In this document: piece after piece, positions 45,745-55,069 of the stretch
Layout: each line of letters starts with the position of its first letter
Position numbering within the stretch: the first letter of the stretch is position 1
IMG/VR virus record: IMGVR_UViG_3300021478_000029
Coordinates: 1 to 63,565 of that record
DNA: 63,565 nucleotides
Direction: 5' to 3' (one strand)
Origin: a virus
Lineage: Duplodnaviria > Caudoviricetes
The notes under the pieces: model-generated
What the model saw: only the letters and a program-made list of their open reading frames with translations
Databases searched by the model: none
What the model was told of the DNA's origin: nothing
Made by a program: the position numbers and the translations under genes

Positions 45745-45807
45745 GGTGTCTCACAAATCTATCTGACGTTTGGAAACGGTCGGTTGCGCAGGCATTGTGA
45801 ATCTGGC

Positions 45808-46077
45808 TCATCGCAATGGCGGCCCGACGCGGACCAGGATCAGGCCCATCAAGTGCGGATTTCGGTCGATGATCCGGATGCCAGGGAACTTCGCTTGGAG
45901 CTTTCTGATGTAGCGGTCGGCCTTGGCGTCATCTTCGACCACAAAGCCGTTCATGGGCGGCTTGTCGGCTGAGGTATCCGGAGCGTCCATAACCGACCTG
46001 CCAATCATCTCGATGCGCTGATCCTCGCTCAGACGATGGGTGTCCAGGAACGCCTTGACCATCGGCCACTCCTTCAA
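45808..46077 (-). CDS. Hypothetical protein
   Basis: LSEDQRIEMIG...KADRYI. Confidence 0.6.
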   Translation of the reverse strand: MKEWPMVKAFLDTHRLSEDQRIEMIGRSVMDAPDTSADKPPMNGFVVEDDAKADRYIRKLQAKFPGIRIIDRNPHLMGLILVRVGPPLR

Positions 46078-46243
46078 TCGCGCTGGGCATTAGACAACCA
46101 ACGGAGTTTGCGGCTTCGTCTCCATGCGACGCGGCCACGCTGGATCGTGCGGACAGGTTGGCGGTAGCGCCTCGTCGATCCAGATCGGAAAGGCGTTCGG
46201 ATCGCCGCAGACCGGGCAAGGTAGCTTGGCCATCAGCCACTCC

Positions 46244-46477
46244 TTATGTCGGCGGGTCCTGTTCCTCCACCGTGCCGTCGGGCCAGATCAGCCTGATCTT
46301 GACCGGGCAGCCGATCTGCTTGGCGAGTGGCGGAATGTAGACGTTCTCTGCCCTTTTTATCGTCCGCTCCCACACGACCGTGCCATCGCGTGTGCTGAGA
46401 GCCTGGACCACGAACGGAAAGCAGTCTTGCGGGAGGTCGTGTCTGGCTACCGGCAATGCCATCGGCCACTTCTCCAA
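46244..46477 (-). CDS. Hypothetical protein
   Basis: 77 aa in the leftward operon. Confidence 0.55.
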   Translation of the reverse strand: MEKWPMALPVARHDLPQDCFPFVVQALSTRDGTVVWERTIKRAENVYIPPLAKQIGCPVKIRLIWPDGTVEEQDPPT

Positions 46478-46492
46478 TCGTTCATTTGTGCA

Positions 46493-46711
46493 TCACTTGT
46501 CCAACTGGCGAACCAGTCGATAGACCCGCACGCGCGGCCATGGTCGGTCAGCCCATAAACCGACGATCGCGCCGCGCCGCTCTAGTCTCATCAGTGCCGG
46601 ATAAAGGGTCCCGGGAAGCCAGATTTTCGCGGTCGAAGCCAGCCTAACGGCGGATGCCGGTCCATCTTCGAGAGCTTTCAGCAAGCGGGCCTCCACGCGG
46701 TTGATCGCCAT
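46493..46711 (-). CDS. PadR-like winged-HTH protein
   Basis: GTLYPALMRLERRG...W...RVRVYRL; ATG 46711. Confidence 0.75.
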   Translation of the reverse strand: MAINRVEARLLKALEDGPASAVRLASTAKIWLPGTLYPALMRLERRGAIVGLWADRPWPRVRVYRLVRQLDK

Positions 46712-46864
46712 CGGCAGGCGAGCTATCAGGAATGCGCTGTGCCAGAGGCTTTTCCGCAGCTTTTGCAGAGTCCTAGGCTGTTGGCGACTTCGGCAGGATC
46801 GTGGTTCATGTGTTCCGCTCCGTGATTGCGTGGGCACCATCGCCCTATGCTGCATTGTGCGGTC

Positions 46865-47245
46865 TCAGCAGTCTTTCGGCATTTTCCGTTTCAGCGTGGT
46901 CGCAATGGAGGACTCCGCGTCCGCCAATTGGCGCCGGAGGCCCGCCACGATTTCCGCGTGACCGACCTCCGCCTCTGCCCATGACGTGTATCGGCGTTGC
47001 TCTCCGGTTTCCCCGGATTCCTCATCACTGAAGACTAGCGTCTCAAAGAGCACCGGCGGTCCGTCCTGAAACATGCTGTGGTCAAGCGCGAGGAACACGG
47101 TGGAGACGGAGAGCCCCGGCATAATCACGTCTGAGGCCACGCGACGACCGGCACTGTCCTCAAGGACGCGCTCCGCTTCTTCCGCCGTGCATGGGACCGG
47201 CAGGCGGCCGATCAGGCGATACCAGGTGGACCGCCCGCGGCTCAC
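46865..47245 (-). CDS. Conserved phage hypothetical protein
   Basis: VSTVFLALDH...PVLFETLVF...RYTSWAEAEVGH. Confidence 0.75.
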   Translation of the reverse strand: MSRGRSTWYRLIGRLPVPCTAEEAERVLEDSAGRRVASDVIMPGLSVSTVFLALDHSMFQDGPPVLFETLVFSDEESGETGEQRRYTSWAEAEVGHAEIVAGLRRQLADAESSIATTLKRKMPKDC

Positions 47246-47709
47246 GGCGGGGCAGACCTTGCCGATGCCGGTTCGAACGCTTGGAGCTCCGCACAGACGG
47301 CGCGCCTCGCCATCCGTTGCGCCTTGCTGTCCTTCCCGTCCGGCGTGAGCTCACACGCCAGACGCGCGAGCGTGGCCAGGTGCGCCAGGCGGCCCGGCGG
47401 AGCACCGTCATTCGCCGGTAGGCCGGGCAGGTTATGATTGTTAGGCCCTACGGTGAGCATAGTGCGACCTGTTGCCCGCGGCGGCGGGAGCACGGCGTTG
47501 CCGGCTTCTTGGGCGTCAAGCAGGTCAAGGGCGCGGCCGACGCGCTCCCCGATGGGCTCCCCGCGCTTCGCCGCACCGTTGCGGGCCTGCATCTTGCGAT
47601 GCAAGGGCACGTTCTTGATTGTCCAGTTGGCGCGGTGGTTCAGGTTGGCGTCATCAAGTGGAACACCATCCGCCTCGTCCGGGTCCGGCGCCAGGTCAGC
47701 CGCGTCCAT
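47242..47709 (-). CDS. Ribbon-helix-helix-like DNA-binding protein
   Basis: WTIKNVP...ARNGAAKRGEPIGERVGRAL strand-helix-helix pattern. Confidence 0.55.
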   Translation of the reverse strand: MDAADLAPDPDEADGVPLDDANLNHRANWTIKNVPLHRKMQARNGAAKRGEPIGERVGRALDLLDAQEAGNAVLPPPRATGRTMLTVGPNNHNLPGLPANDGAPPGRLAHLATLARLACELTPDGKDSKAQRMARRAVCAELQAFEPASARSAPP

Positions 47710-47977
47710 CTTAGGCCCTCCAAGTTATGACTGTCATACCTAGCCGGGTGTAACCATAGGAGGACCGCGCCGCAAGCGCCTCAAATCCACCGGACCGCCA
47801 CGACGAAAATCAACGGCGGGCAGTGCAGCGCTGCGAACTCCGCCCGGGCGTCGCGACCCTTGGCGCAATCCACAAGCTCCACGTAATCCCATGCAGCCTC
47901 GTCCCAAACACGGAGGCGGGCGAACGTGTTGCGCTCCCCGCCAAGCTCCCCGCGCTTCACGGGCTCCGCGGTGGCGC

Positions 47978-48199
47978 TCATTTGCCGAACATGGCGCCGG
48001 CGGCGCCGGCAAGCTGAAGGCCGAACAGGAACCAACCCCAAGCGTTTGTCGGCGTTCCGACCGCGAGCGCCTGGCCAGCAGTGATCGCCAGGGCAGTGAC
48101 GCCGGCCATGGTGGAGCCCGGGTGCGCCATGACGTTCGCCGGATGAAAAGCTGGTTGCTGCGCCGTCGCTTGCAGTGCCGTGGGCAGTGTCGCGCTCAT
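47978..48199 (-). CDS. Two-TM membrane protein (holin-like)
   Basis: AAGGAAGGA SD; two hydrophobic helices; C-terminal Lys. Confidence 0.6.
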   Translation of the reverse strand: MSATLPTALQATAQQPAFHPANVMAHPGSTMAGVTALAITAGQALAVGTPTNAWGWFLFGLQLAGAAGAMFGK

Positions 48200-48212
48200 G
48201 GTGCGTCCTTCC

Positions 48213-48479
48213 TTACTGGATCAGGTCCGGTTGCGCTCCGGTCCCGGTGGAGCTCCCGGCGGCGGCCTTCTTGCCGCGCCGCGTGACCGGCGGCGTGCGC
48301 TGCTCGGGACCCTGCAACACATCGACCGTGCTCCAATGGATGCGCGGACCCTGCCCGTCGCCCTCAATGTGCTCAGTCCCGCCTTGGCCGATCAGCCGTT
48401 GCAGGCGGGGCTTGAGCTCTGCGAGGCCGATCTCGTCATCAACGGCCAGGATGACGCGGACGGAGAGCAGTTTGGTCAT
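48213..48479 (-). CDS. Hypothetical protein
   Basis: 88 aa, overlap-coupled to the ATPase. Confidence 0.6.
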   Translation of the reverse strand: MTKLLSVRVILAVDDEIGLAELKPRLQRLIGQGGTEHIEGDGQGPRIHWSTVDVLQGPEQRTPPVTRRGKKAAAGSSTGTGAQPDLIQ

Positions 48480-49777
48480 GGGATCAGTGCACCTTGCGTT
48501 GGGGCGGCTTTCGGGTCCGTGCGTTTCCAGGACGCCTTCAGCGCGGGCTCAATAACGTCAAGCCACAGCGGGCGTCGGTGCTTCTTGATCCACTCAAAAC
48601 TGCCGCGCGTGTCTTTGTCATCGACCAGCCGCAAATGGTCCGTCCGGGTTTTAGTGGCCTTAAACAGCTCGGCAATCTCAGCGGCCTTGCGCGCGATCCG
48701 CGCCTCGGCCGGGTCCTCCGGCGGGTCCGGGTCCTCCGGCGGACCGCCGGGCGGAGCTCCGTCACCGGGTGCGGCGTCCTCTGGCGGCGGCGGGTCCTCC
48801 GGGGGATTCCCTCCCGGCGTTCCGCTAAGCGGGGCGTCACCGCCGCTTGACGGCCCGGCACGGGGCACATCACCGCCTGGCGGAGCGGAGTCGGCCGAAT
48901 CGAGCGGGCTTTGACCGCCAGGTGCCGCAGGCTCAGTCTTGCCGCTCTTGGAGTCGCTATTATCCTCCCCGAACCTACGGCCCGTCACCGGAGCGGTGGC
49001 GGGTCCTTTTTCACCGCGGGACCATGCCAGGATCGCGGCGCCGGTAGCCTCATCAATAGGCCTGTCCAGGCGGATGATCGGCTTTAGTGCCGTGAGTAAC
49101 GCCTTGATCGGGACGGGGACGCCTGGCGCCTTCACGTCCGGGAGCATGACGCTCAACGTCATTGCCCATGGGATGTCCTGGCCGCAAATGGGCTGAAGGC
49201 CCTGGTCAACCGGGATCGTCTTGCCGCGGTCCTTTCCCTCCGTCTGTTTGACCATGGCCATCTTGCGCTCTGCGCCAACAGCCAAGATCACCGGCATATT
49301 CAACTGATACAGCCGTTCGCGCATCCGCTTGTGCGCGGCTTTGGGCTCGATCCACGCCAGCATCTTCGTTGACTCCAACTTTTCAGCGTTCCCGCGCGCC
49401 ATGCGGATATTGATTTCGTTATGCCAATCCAACAGGCCGCCAGGTCCGGCGTGCTCAGCCATGAAGTTGTCTATGACCAGGACCGTCGCACCTTGCTTTT
49501 GTGCCTGGCGCGCCGCTTCCTCAAAGATCATCGGCCGAAACGGCTCATGCAGGTTCAAATGCTCAAACTGGAAATCATCAGCATAGAACAAAGCGCGGCC
49601 GTTATCTGTATCAGCGTAACAAATCTTCCCGCCGTGCGCGAGGCCGGTGGCCAGGCGGAGCGCGGAGAGAGTTTTCCCCGTGCCGGGCGGCCCGGAAATC
49701 ATAATCAACGGAGCGGTCGCGCCGCGGACCGCGCGCTTGTAAACGTAGCTATCCTGGATCGTGCCGCCGTCAGGCAT
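48476..49777 (-). CDS. AAA ATPase (Sak4-like recombination ATPase) with Pro/acidic linker
   Basis: GPPGTGKT, ADTDNGRA, VLVIDN; PPEDP repeats; lies in the same operon as the exonuclease. Confidence 0.8.
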   Translation of the reverse strand: MPDGGTIQDSYVYKRAVRGATAPLIMISGPPGTGKTLSALRLATGLAHGGKICYADTDNGRALFYADDFQFEHLNLHEPFRPMIFEEAARQAQKQGATVLVIDNFMAEHAGPGGLLDWHNEINIRMARGNAEKLESTKMLAWIEPKAAHKRMRERLYQLNMPVILAVGAERKMAMVKQTEGKDRGKTIPVDQGLQPICGQDIPWAMTLSVMLPDVKAPGVPVPIKALLTALKPIIRLDRPIDEATGAAILAWSRGEKGPATAPVTGRRFGEDNSDSKSGKTEPAAPGGQSPLDSADSAPPGGDVPRAGPSSGGDAPLSGTPGGNPPEDPPPPEDAAPGDGAPPGGPPEDPDPPEDPAEARIARKAAEIAELFKATKTRTDHLRLVDDKDTRGSFEWIKKHRRPLWLDVIEPALKASWKRTDPKAAPTQGALIP

Positions 49778-50016
49778 GGGCTCGGTTCGGCGGGCTCAAC
49801 GGGTCCGCCCGGGTCAAACGGTTGTCCTCAATCCACGCGCGGTTTGAGTTGCCGTTGTGCAGATACGCGACCTCCACTTGGAGAGGTCCGTCAACGCGCC
49901 AGAGGAACGCCGTAATCGTGGCCGTCAGTGACGTATCCGCGTCAATGTGCACAAGGTCCCCGAATGCGTGCACCGTGCTGAAACGGGCTCCCATGTGGCC
50001 TACCCTCCCAGAGCCG

Positions 50017-50259
50017 TTAGAACGTGATTGCCGCCTTGGTGGCGGAACTAAACTTGTCAGGCTCCGGCTCTGGCTCCGCGACATCTGCCATGGCGATATT
50101 GTCCAGCCACGGCGTCTGGTACTCGATCACATAGTACGGCCCTTGGTAGCCGTTCTGCTTCACCGCTTTCATGCGTGAGGCAATGTCCAGTAGTGCTACC
50201 GCGTCAGCTTTCTCGACCGTGTAATCCTGGCATCCAATCCGCACGATAAACTGCTTCAT
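50017..50259 (-). CDS. Hypothetical protein
   Basis: 80 aa directly after the exonuclease. Confidence 0.6.
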   Translation of the reverse strand: MKQFIVRIGCQDYTVEKADAVALLDIASRMKAVKQNGYQGPYYVIEYQTPWLDNIAMADVAEPEPEPDKFSSATKAAITF

Positions 50260-50262
50260 GTC

Positions 50263-51231
50263 CTACCCTCCCATATTTCCCGCTTTTATCATCCGCTCGA
50301 TCAAGCCCGGGTCCTCCACGGCGCGCCCGATGCCGCCGATCTTGGTTTCCTCCCATGCGCGCACGACCCACGGCGGCGGGAGAATCCATTCAATCTCTGG
50401 TGGATAAGACGGCCAGGCCTCCGCCGGGTCCTGGCGGAGCTCCACGCGTGCACGGTGCTCACGGAGGCACTGCGACCATGCAGCGCGGGCCGCCTGAGAC
50501 TTGGCACGGCCGACCTCTTCCGCCACCGGGTCCATCCCGAACACGCGGACCGCATGCGGCGGGCTCGTTTCTACGACCACGAACAGGACGCCGGCGGGCG
50601 GCTCCCCGCGGATGTGCTCCACACCGCGGGGATACATTGACGCTTGGATGTCGGCGCCGTGCTCGAAACAGGCGCGTCCCCACGCTTGGGGCGTCGCCAG
50701 GCCGCCGGTCGTTTTCAAATCGAGAAGCGGCGCCGCCGGATCATCCGGCAACCAATCAAGCCGAGCCCGGCACCATAGCTCCGGGTCCTCTTGCCAAAAC
50801 ACGCTCTGCTCAGCCTTGCCATCTGTGAACATGCCAGTCCGGGCCTGCCATTTCCGCAACGCTGAGATGGAGCGCATGGCGTTATCATAGGCCGCCGTCT
50901 TGAGCGGTATCTTGCCGGCGGCCAGGGCGTCCGCCTTCATGGCCTTGGCCGCATTGCTGCGCCAGGCGTCAACCGGGCAGTGCGCTATTCGATCCTCACC
51001 CTGAAGGAACGCGGCATGGATCGCGCTCCCCACATCCATGTCTTCGTCGCCGGAGCCGATGGACGTTTTGGGAGTTCCACCGAGGCGCGGATGCTCAGCG
51101 TAGGCGTGCGCCGGGCTCGCCCCGATGATCGTCACGGCAATGGAGCGTGACAGTGACGGTAAAACGCACGGGTCCGCGTGATATTCCAGTTCCTTCATGC
51201 CGTCATAGATGCCCGGCGCCGTGATGGTCAT
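50263..51231 (-). CDS. RecE/ExoVIII-like PD-(D/E)xK exonuclease
   Basis: PGIYDGM..EYHAD, GSAIH, CRARLDWL, DLKTT, QASMY; ATG 51231 with GGAGG SD. Confidence 0.88.
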   Translation of the reverse strand: MTITAPGIYDGMKELEYHADPCVLPSLSRSIAVTIIGASPAHAYAEHPRLGGTPKTSIGSGDEDMDVGSAIHAAFLQGEDRIAHCPVDAWRSNAAKAMKADALAAGKIPLKTAAYDNAMRSISALRKWQARTGMFTDGKAEQSVFWQEDPELWCRARLDWLPDDPAAPLLDLKTTGGLATPQAWGRACFEHGADIQASMYPRGVEHIRGEPPAGVLFVVVETSPPHAVRVFGMDPVAEEVGRAKSQAARAAWSQCLREHRARVELRQDPAEAWPSYPPEIEWILPPPWVVRAWEETKIGGIGRAVEDPGLIERMIKAGNMGG

Positions 51232-51479
51232 TGCGGCGCCTCCGCGAGCATGTCCGGTTGCGTGGCGGTTGGCTGACCAGTGAGCGCGCGGAGGGTGTCC
51301 AGGACCGCTTGCATATGCCACGCCTCGCGCGTGGCTTCCTCGACGGTCATGCGGCCTTGGCTGACGAAGCGCGGATAGACGCGCCGGCGCATCGCAAGCT
51401 CACGCGTGACGCACGCCATTTGATCCCGGAGCGGCACAGTATCGCCGGCGCGCACGGGTGCAGCCGCGTGCTTCATCAC
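51228..51479 (-). CDS. Conserved phage hypothetical protein
   Basis: CVTRELAMRRRVYPRFV..GRMT. Confidence 0.75.
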   Translation of the reverse strand: MMKHAAAPVRAGDTVPLRDQMACVTRELAMRRRVYPRFVSQGRMTVEEATREAWHMQAVLDTLRALTGQPTATQPDMLAEAPQ

Positions 51480-51928
51480 CGGAGCGCCTGGTCGGTGGAT
51501 AGCAGGCGCGTCACGTCAGCATCCGGCACGGCGAGTTCGTCCAGGACCGTGCGGACATCAACAGAGCGGAGCTCCACCTCAAGCAGTGCTTTCAGGTCCG
51601 GGTCAGAAGCCGCAATCGTGCAGATAAACGCGCCGATCATGAGGCCCTTGCTGGAGCGCCCGAGCCATAGCCGGGCCGGCGCACCGTTGGCCTCAATGAT
51701 CTTGTCCGTTGGTTGCACACGGATAGTCGCGTGGGGCTCCGCGAGTTCCATGGCCAGCATGCGCCGGGTCATGTCGGCGGAGAGCACGTAAACCGGCGGG
51801 ACCGCGATGATTTCCGCGATAAAGGCGATACCAAGCTCCACGCCGTCCCCGCCCATGACGCGCCACAAGGCAACCGGGAGATCGCCAACGAGTGCCGTGT
51901 TCAGGGTCCGCTCTAGCTGAAGTTCCAT
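51476..51928 (-). CDS. Hypothetical protein
   Basis: 150 aa, overlap-coupled. Confidence 0.6.
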   Translation of the reverse strand: MELQLERTLNTALVGDLPVALWRVMGGDGVELGIAFIAEIIAVPPVYVLSADMTRRMLAMELAEPHATIRVQPTDKIIEANGAPARLWLGRSSKGLMIGAFICTIAASDPDLKALLEVELRSVDVRTVLDELAVPDADVTRLLSTDQALR

Positions 51929-52069
51929 CTGTGCCCATCTCTGCCAGTTGAGGCTGTGCTTGCCGGGTGCAGCCGCGGTGGCCTTGACGGTTGCAATCCG
52001 GCGGCAGCGCTTCCATCAGTGTGAAACCGCCGGTATCATCCGTCAACGGCCTGATTGACGCCGGTCGGA

Positions 52070-52170
52070 TAGAATTAATAATGCGGTATTTCTAAGATAA
52101 TAACAGAATGTAGTTACGCAAGTCATAGTAATGTCTATGATTAACACAAATATAACGGAAGTAAGTCACG
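52070..52170. promoter_or_regulatory. AT-rich control region, probable leftward early promoter/operators
   Basis: Sharp AT island upstream of the leftward operon; TCATAG-N6-CTATGA inverted repeat. Confidence 0.5.
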
Positions 52171-52337
52171 CTTGTCGGCATGCTGGAACCGGCGCACACT
52201 CTTGACTTGTCGCAAAGTTTATAAGGTGGAACAGTTAGCGGGCCGCGGCGTCAATGGCGCAGCGTCAAGGTATGGGAAGGAAGGCAATATGGCTCAAGCG
52301 CGCGCGCTCAATGCGTCGGAGGCGTCTGCCGAGTCGC

Positions 52338-53006
52338 TTACCGGCACATATTGCCGTCATGCTGAGGCGTGTGATTGCTGGCGTCGGAAGCGGAACCGGA
52401 TTGGTCAACGTCTGACGCTGATTGTGTATCCGGAGCCTGGTCTGTCACTTCCCGGAGTTCCGGATGGGCCGCCAGCAGAGCGGTCAGGAGTTTGGGCTCA
52501 ATACTGTCCGCCAGGCTCCCAAGATACAGAAAATCCAGGGAAATCCCGAAGCGAAGCGCGGTTTCAATCCCGATCCGTACGGGGACCGGGTCAGTCCCGT
52601 CCTCATACCGCTGCCATTGATCCGGCGTGACCTGCATCACGTGGGCAATCCGCTCAATCGACGGCTCCAATAGTCTCCGGGTCCATCGCAGACGCATCCC
52701 GGGCGTGATTTCCTCGTGACTGGGCGTGACCAGGTCCGCCACGCCGGCGGGGAGGCCGCAGATCAGGTAATCCAGGGAAATCCCGGTCAGCCGGCGCACC
52801 GCGGCCAGGACTTTCATCGGCGGCTCGATGCGTCCGTTGTCGTACCGGCGGTATGCGGCGGCCGTGATGTGGATACCAAGCGCGCGCACGAAATCCGCTT
52901 GAGAGAGCCCGGGCTTTCCCTGAGAAGCACCGTAAACAGCGCGCACCTGGCGCAGCCGGCGAGCAAACCCGCTCCGAAGTGACTCCGGCTTTGTGATGCG
53001 ACCCAT
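52338..53006 (-). CDS. CI-like repressor with two tandem XRE-HTH domains
   Basis: RLRQVR...SQADF...YRRYDNG...ISLDYL, then RLRWTR...WQRYEDG...ISLDFL; divergent from the Cro-like gene. Confidence 0.85.
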   Translation of the reverse strand: MGRITKPESLRSGFARRLRQVRAVYGASQGKPGLSQADFVRALGIHITAAAYRRYDNGRIEPPMKVLAAVRRLTGISLDYLICGLPAGVADLVTPSHEEITPGMRLRWTRRLLEPSIERIAHVMQVTPDQWQRYEDGTDPVPVRIGIETALRFGISLDFLYLGSLADSIEPKLLTALLAAHPELREVTDQAPDTQSASDVDQSGSASDASNHTPQHDGNMCR

Positions 53007-53107
53007 GGCCGCAATGTATGGAACAGCCGGTAGCAATCCTGCAAGGGAGGCCGACTCGAAATCGTCCCTCTTGCATTGGCACGGTGAGTTTCAATACGAT
53101 GGGCTCC

Positions 53108-53371
53108 ATGGACCGGGAAATCATCTATACGGTCCCGCTGAAGGAGATATTGGAACAGCGGGGAATATCCGGCGAACTCTTCGCCGTCGCGGCGGGCGTC
53201 ACAATGGCGTCCTATCGGGCCTACTGCCGCGGCGTCCGCCAGCCATCCCCGGAGACGGTCATCACCGTGGAGCGCTTGCTTAAAATCGAGCGGTATGAAT
53301 TGCGGCCGGACCTATGGCCGCCTCCCAAGGGCCAACGAACCAAGCGAACGGCTTGCCGTAAGGCCGCCTAG
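53108..53371 (+). CDS. Cro-like HTH protein
   Basis: LKEIL...FAVAAGVT...GVRQPSPE...IERYELRPDLW. Confidence 0.85.
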   Translation: MDREIIYTVPLKEILEQRGISGELFAVAAGVTMASYRAYCRGVRQPSPETVITVERLLKIERYELRPDLWPPPKGQRTKRTACRKAA

Positions 53372-53405
53372 CCGACCAGCCACATCAAACCGGGGAGGGT
53401 ACCCC

Positions 53406-54029
53406 ATGGTCGCGTCACTCGCAGAAACTCAGTCGCACAACGTGCCGCCGGAGACCTTCCTCCGCCATTACCGGACGATCCGTGACGCCGCCGCTGCCCA
53501 TAAAGACAGCGGCATGGCTCTGGCGCGCTGCAAGAAGGCCGCCAAGGGGGACGGGATCGACCTGGACGCGCTGAGGCTCATGCAGGGCTTCGCTCGCCTC
53601 GACTCGGACGAGGCGGAGCTCCAATTCCGCAACCTGATCCGCTACGCGAAGTGGGCCGAAATACCGCTCGGCACGCAGGCCGATATGTGGGGGGAAGACT
53701 CCTACCCGAAGGTCCCCGACTCGGCGCGGGCGGATCAACAGGAATGGGAGGCCGGTGACGCAGGCCTATCGGCCGGGCGCTCCGGACGGGAACGGACCGA
53801 GAATCCGCACCTGGCCGGGTCACGCGAGCATGTGGCTTGGGATCGTGAATGGGCGAAGGGTCATAAGACATGGCTCGCCGGGCAAAAGCAGCTCGCCGGG
53901 GAGCTCGGCGCGAATGCCGGCGTGCCAGCGGACAAGGTCAAGCTCAACGGCGCGGTCAATGGCGCCAGCAACGGCAAGGGGCGTAAGGCCAAGCCTGCCG
54001 CAGTTGAGGAAGCGCAGCTTCCCGTGTAG
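53406..54029 (+). CDS. GapR-like (DUF2312-like) DNA-binding protein with extra C-terminal motif
   Basis: KKAAKGDGIDLDAL...LDSDEAE...LIRYAKW; ATG 53406 with GGAGG SD. Confidence 0.6.
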   Translation: MVASLAETQSHNVPPETFLRHYRTIRDAAAAHKDSGMALARCKKAAKGDGIDLDALRLMQGFARLDSDEAELQFRNLIRYAKWAEIPLGTQADMWGEDSYPKVPDSARADQQEWEAGDAGLSAGRSGRERTENPHLAGSREHVAWDREWAKGHKTWLAGQKQLAGELGANAGVPADKVKLNGAVNGASNGKGRKAKPAAVEEAQLPV

Positions 54030-54035
54030 CGCGCC

Positions 54036-54461
54036 GTGTCGGCGCGCGCTCCCCTCGTGCTCGTCCCCGATATGCCGGACGAGCATGAGCTCCAAATCCA
54101 GTGTTCCGATATGTTCGCGATCATCCTGTTGCCGGAGGTGTGCTGGCGCGCGGTCGATCACGCGCACACGCTCGACATGCGGATCGGCCGGCATGGCGTC
54201 CCCATTGGCGTCTTAGAGGCCAAGAAGCGGCTACGCCGAGGGATTCGCGGCGGAATTCTAGATTATCTGTTCTGGCACCGGAGCCGCGGGTTTGCGCTTG
54301 AGCTCAAAGTCGGGGACGGCAAGCTGACTGATGGCGAAACGGATTTCATCCAGGACATGATCCGGGCGGAGTGCGAGTGTAAAGTCTGCTGGAATAAAGA
54401 CCAGGTCTTTGAGACGGTCCGGGCGTGGGGCCTGACCCGTCCCATGCAGGTGATGGCGTGA
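54036..54461 (+). CDS. VRR-NUC-like nuclease
   Basis: EHELQIQ, GIRGGILDY, ALELKVGDGKLT. Confidence 0.8.
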   Translation: MSARAPLVLVPDMPDEHELQIQCSDMFAIILLPEVCWRAVDHAHTLDMRIGRHGVPIGVLEAKKRLRRGIRGGILDYLFWHRSRGFALELKVGDGKLTDGETDFIQDMIRAECECKVCWNKDQVFETVRAWGLTRPMQVMA

Positions 54462-55057
54462 TGGCGCGTGCGGTCCCTCACCTAATGCCGGTCGATCTCA
54501 CCGGCATCCCGCGCGCCGACGCACAGATACAGCGCACGATTGAGACGTTGCGCGTTGCTCAGTTCGACCAGGACCCGCTTTTCGACGCCGGGGATAGCTT
54601 CCGCGTTTCCCTCTGTTCGTCCGCTGTCAAACGGGAAGGCGCCATCATTGAGGCGGCCATTATGGACGCCGTTGAACAGGCGGCGCATTTACGATTACTC
54701 CCGGTCAATCGACGCTTGCAGCGCGTCCCGGATGTTCAATTTGAAATACTCGATGCCGGATGGCTGGTCGCATTGGAGGTCAAGCGCGGCACGTTGCATG
54801 ACTCCGGCGCGCTCCGACGCTTCAGGACTGACTTGACTGCCATCCCGGCGTTGCTTCGCACGTCCCTGCCGTTGTTCCCGGCGGAGTGCGTTCACTATCA
54901 CATCGTGTTCGTAAGTGGTGAGCCTCCAATACGCGAAGGCCTGCGCCTGGATGATTTGGGCGGGCTCTATGACCTGCATGTGCGCTCCCACATCATGACC
55001 GCGCGGCAACGATATTCATTTGCCATCAAAGCCATCTTGCGGGAGCGCGGACTATGA
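54461..55057 (+). CDS. PD-(D/E)xK nuclease-like protein
   Basis: REGAIIE...VPDVQ...ALEVKRG. Confidence 0.6.
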   Translation: MARAVPHLMPVDLTGIPRADAQIQRTIETLRVAQFDQDPLFDAGDSFRVSLCSSAVKREGAIIEAAIMDAVEQAAHLRLLPVNRRLQRVPDVQFEILDAGWLVALEVKRGTLHDSGALRRFRTDLTAIPALLRTSLPLFPAECVHYHIVFVSGEPPIREGLRLDDLGGLYDLHVRSHIMTARQRYSFAIKAILRERGL

Positions 55058-55069
55058 CGGGAGGCTACA

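Noticed and set aside
48700-48830. GGGTCCTCCGG tandem-like repeats as a DNA element
   Set aside because: They encode the PPEDP low-complexity linker of the AAA ATPase
52070-52170. Protelomerase telomere site
   Set aside because: No long perfect palindrome and no protelomerase gene recognised
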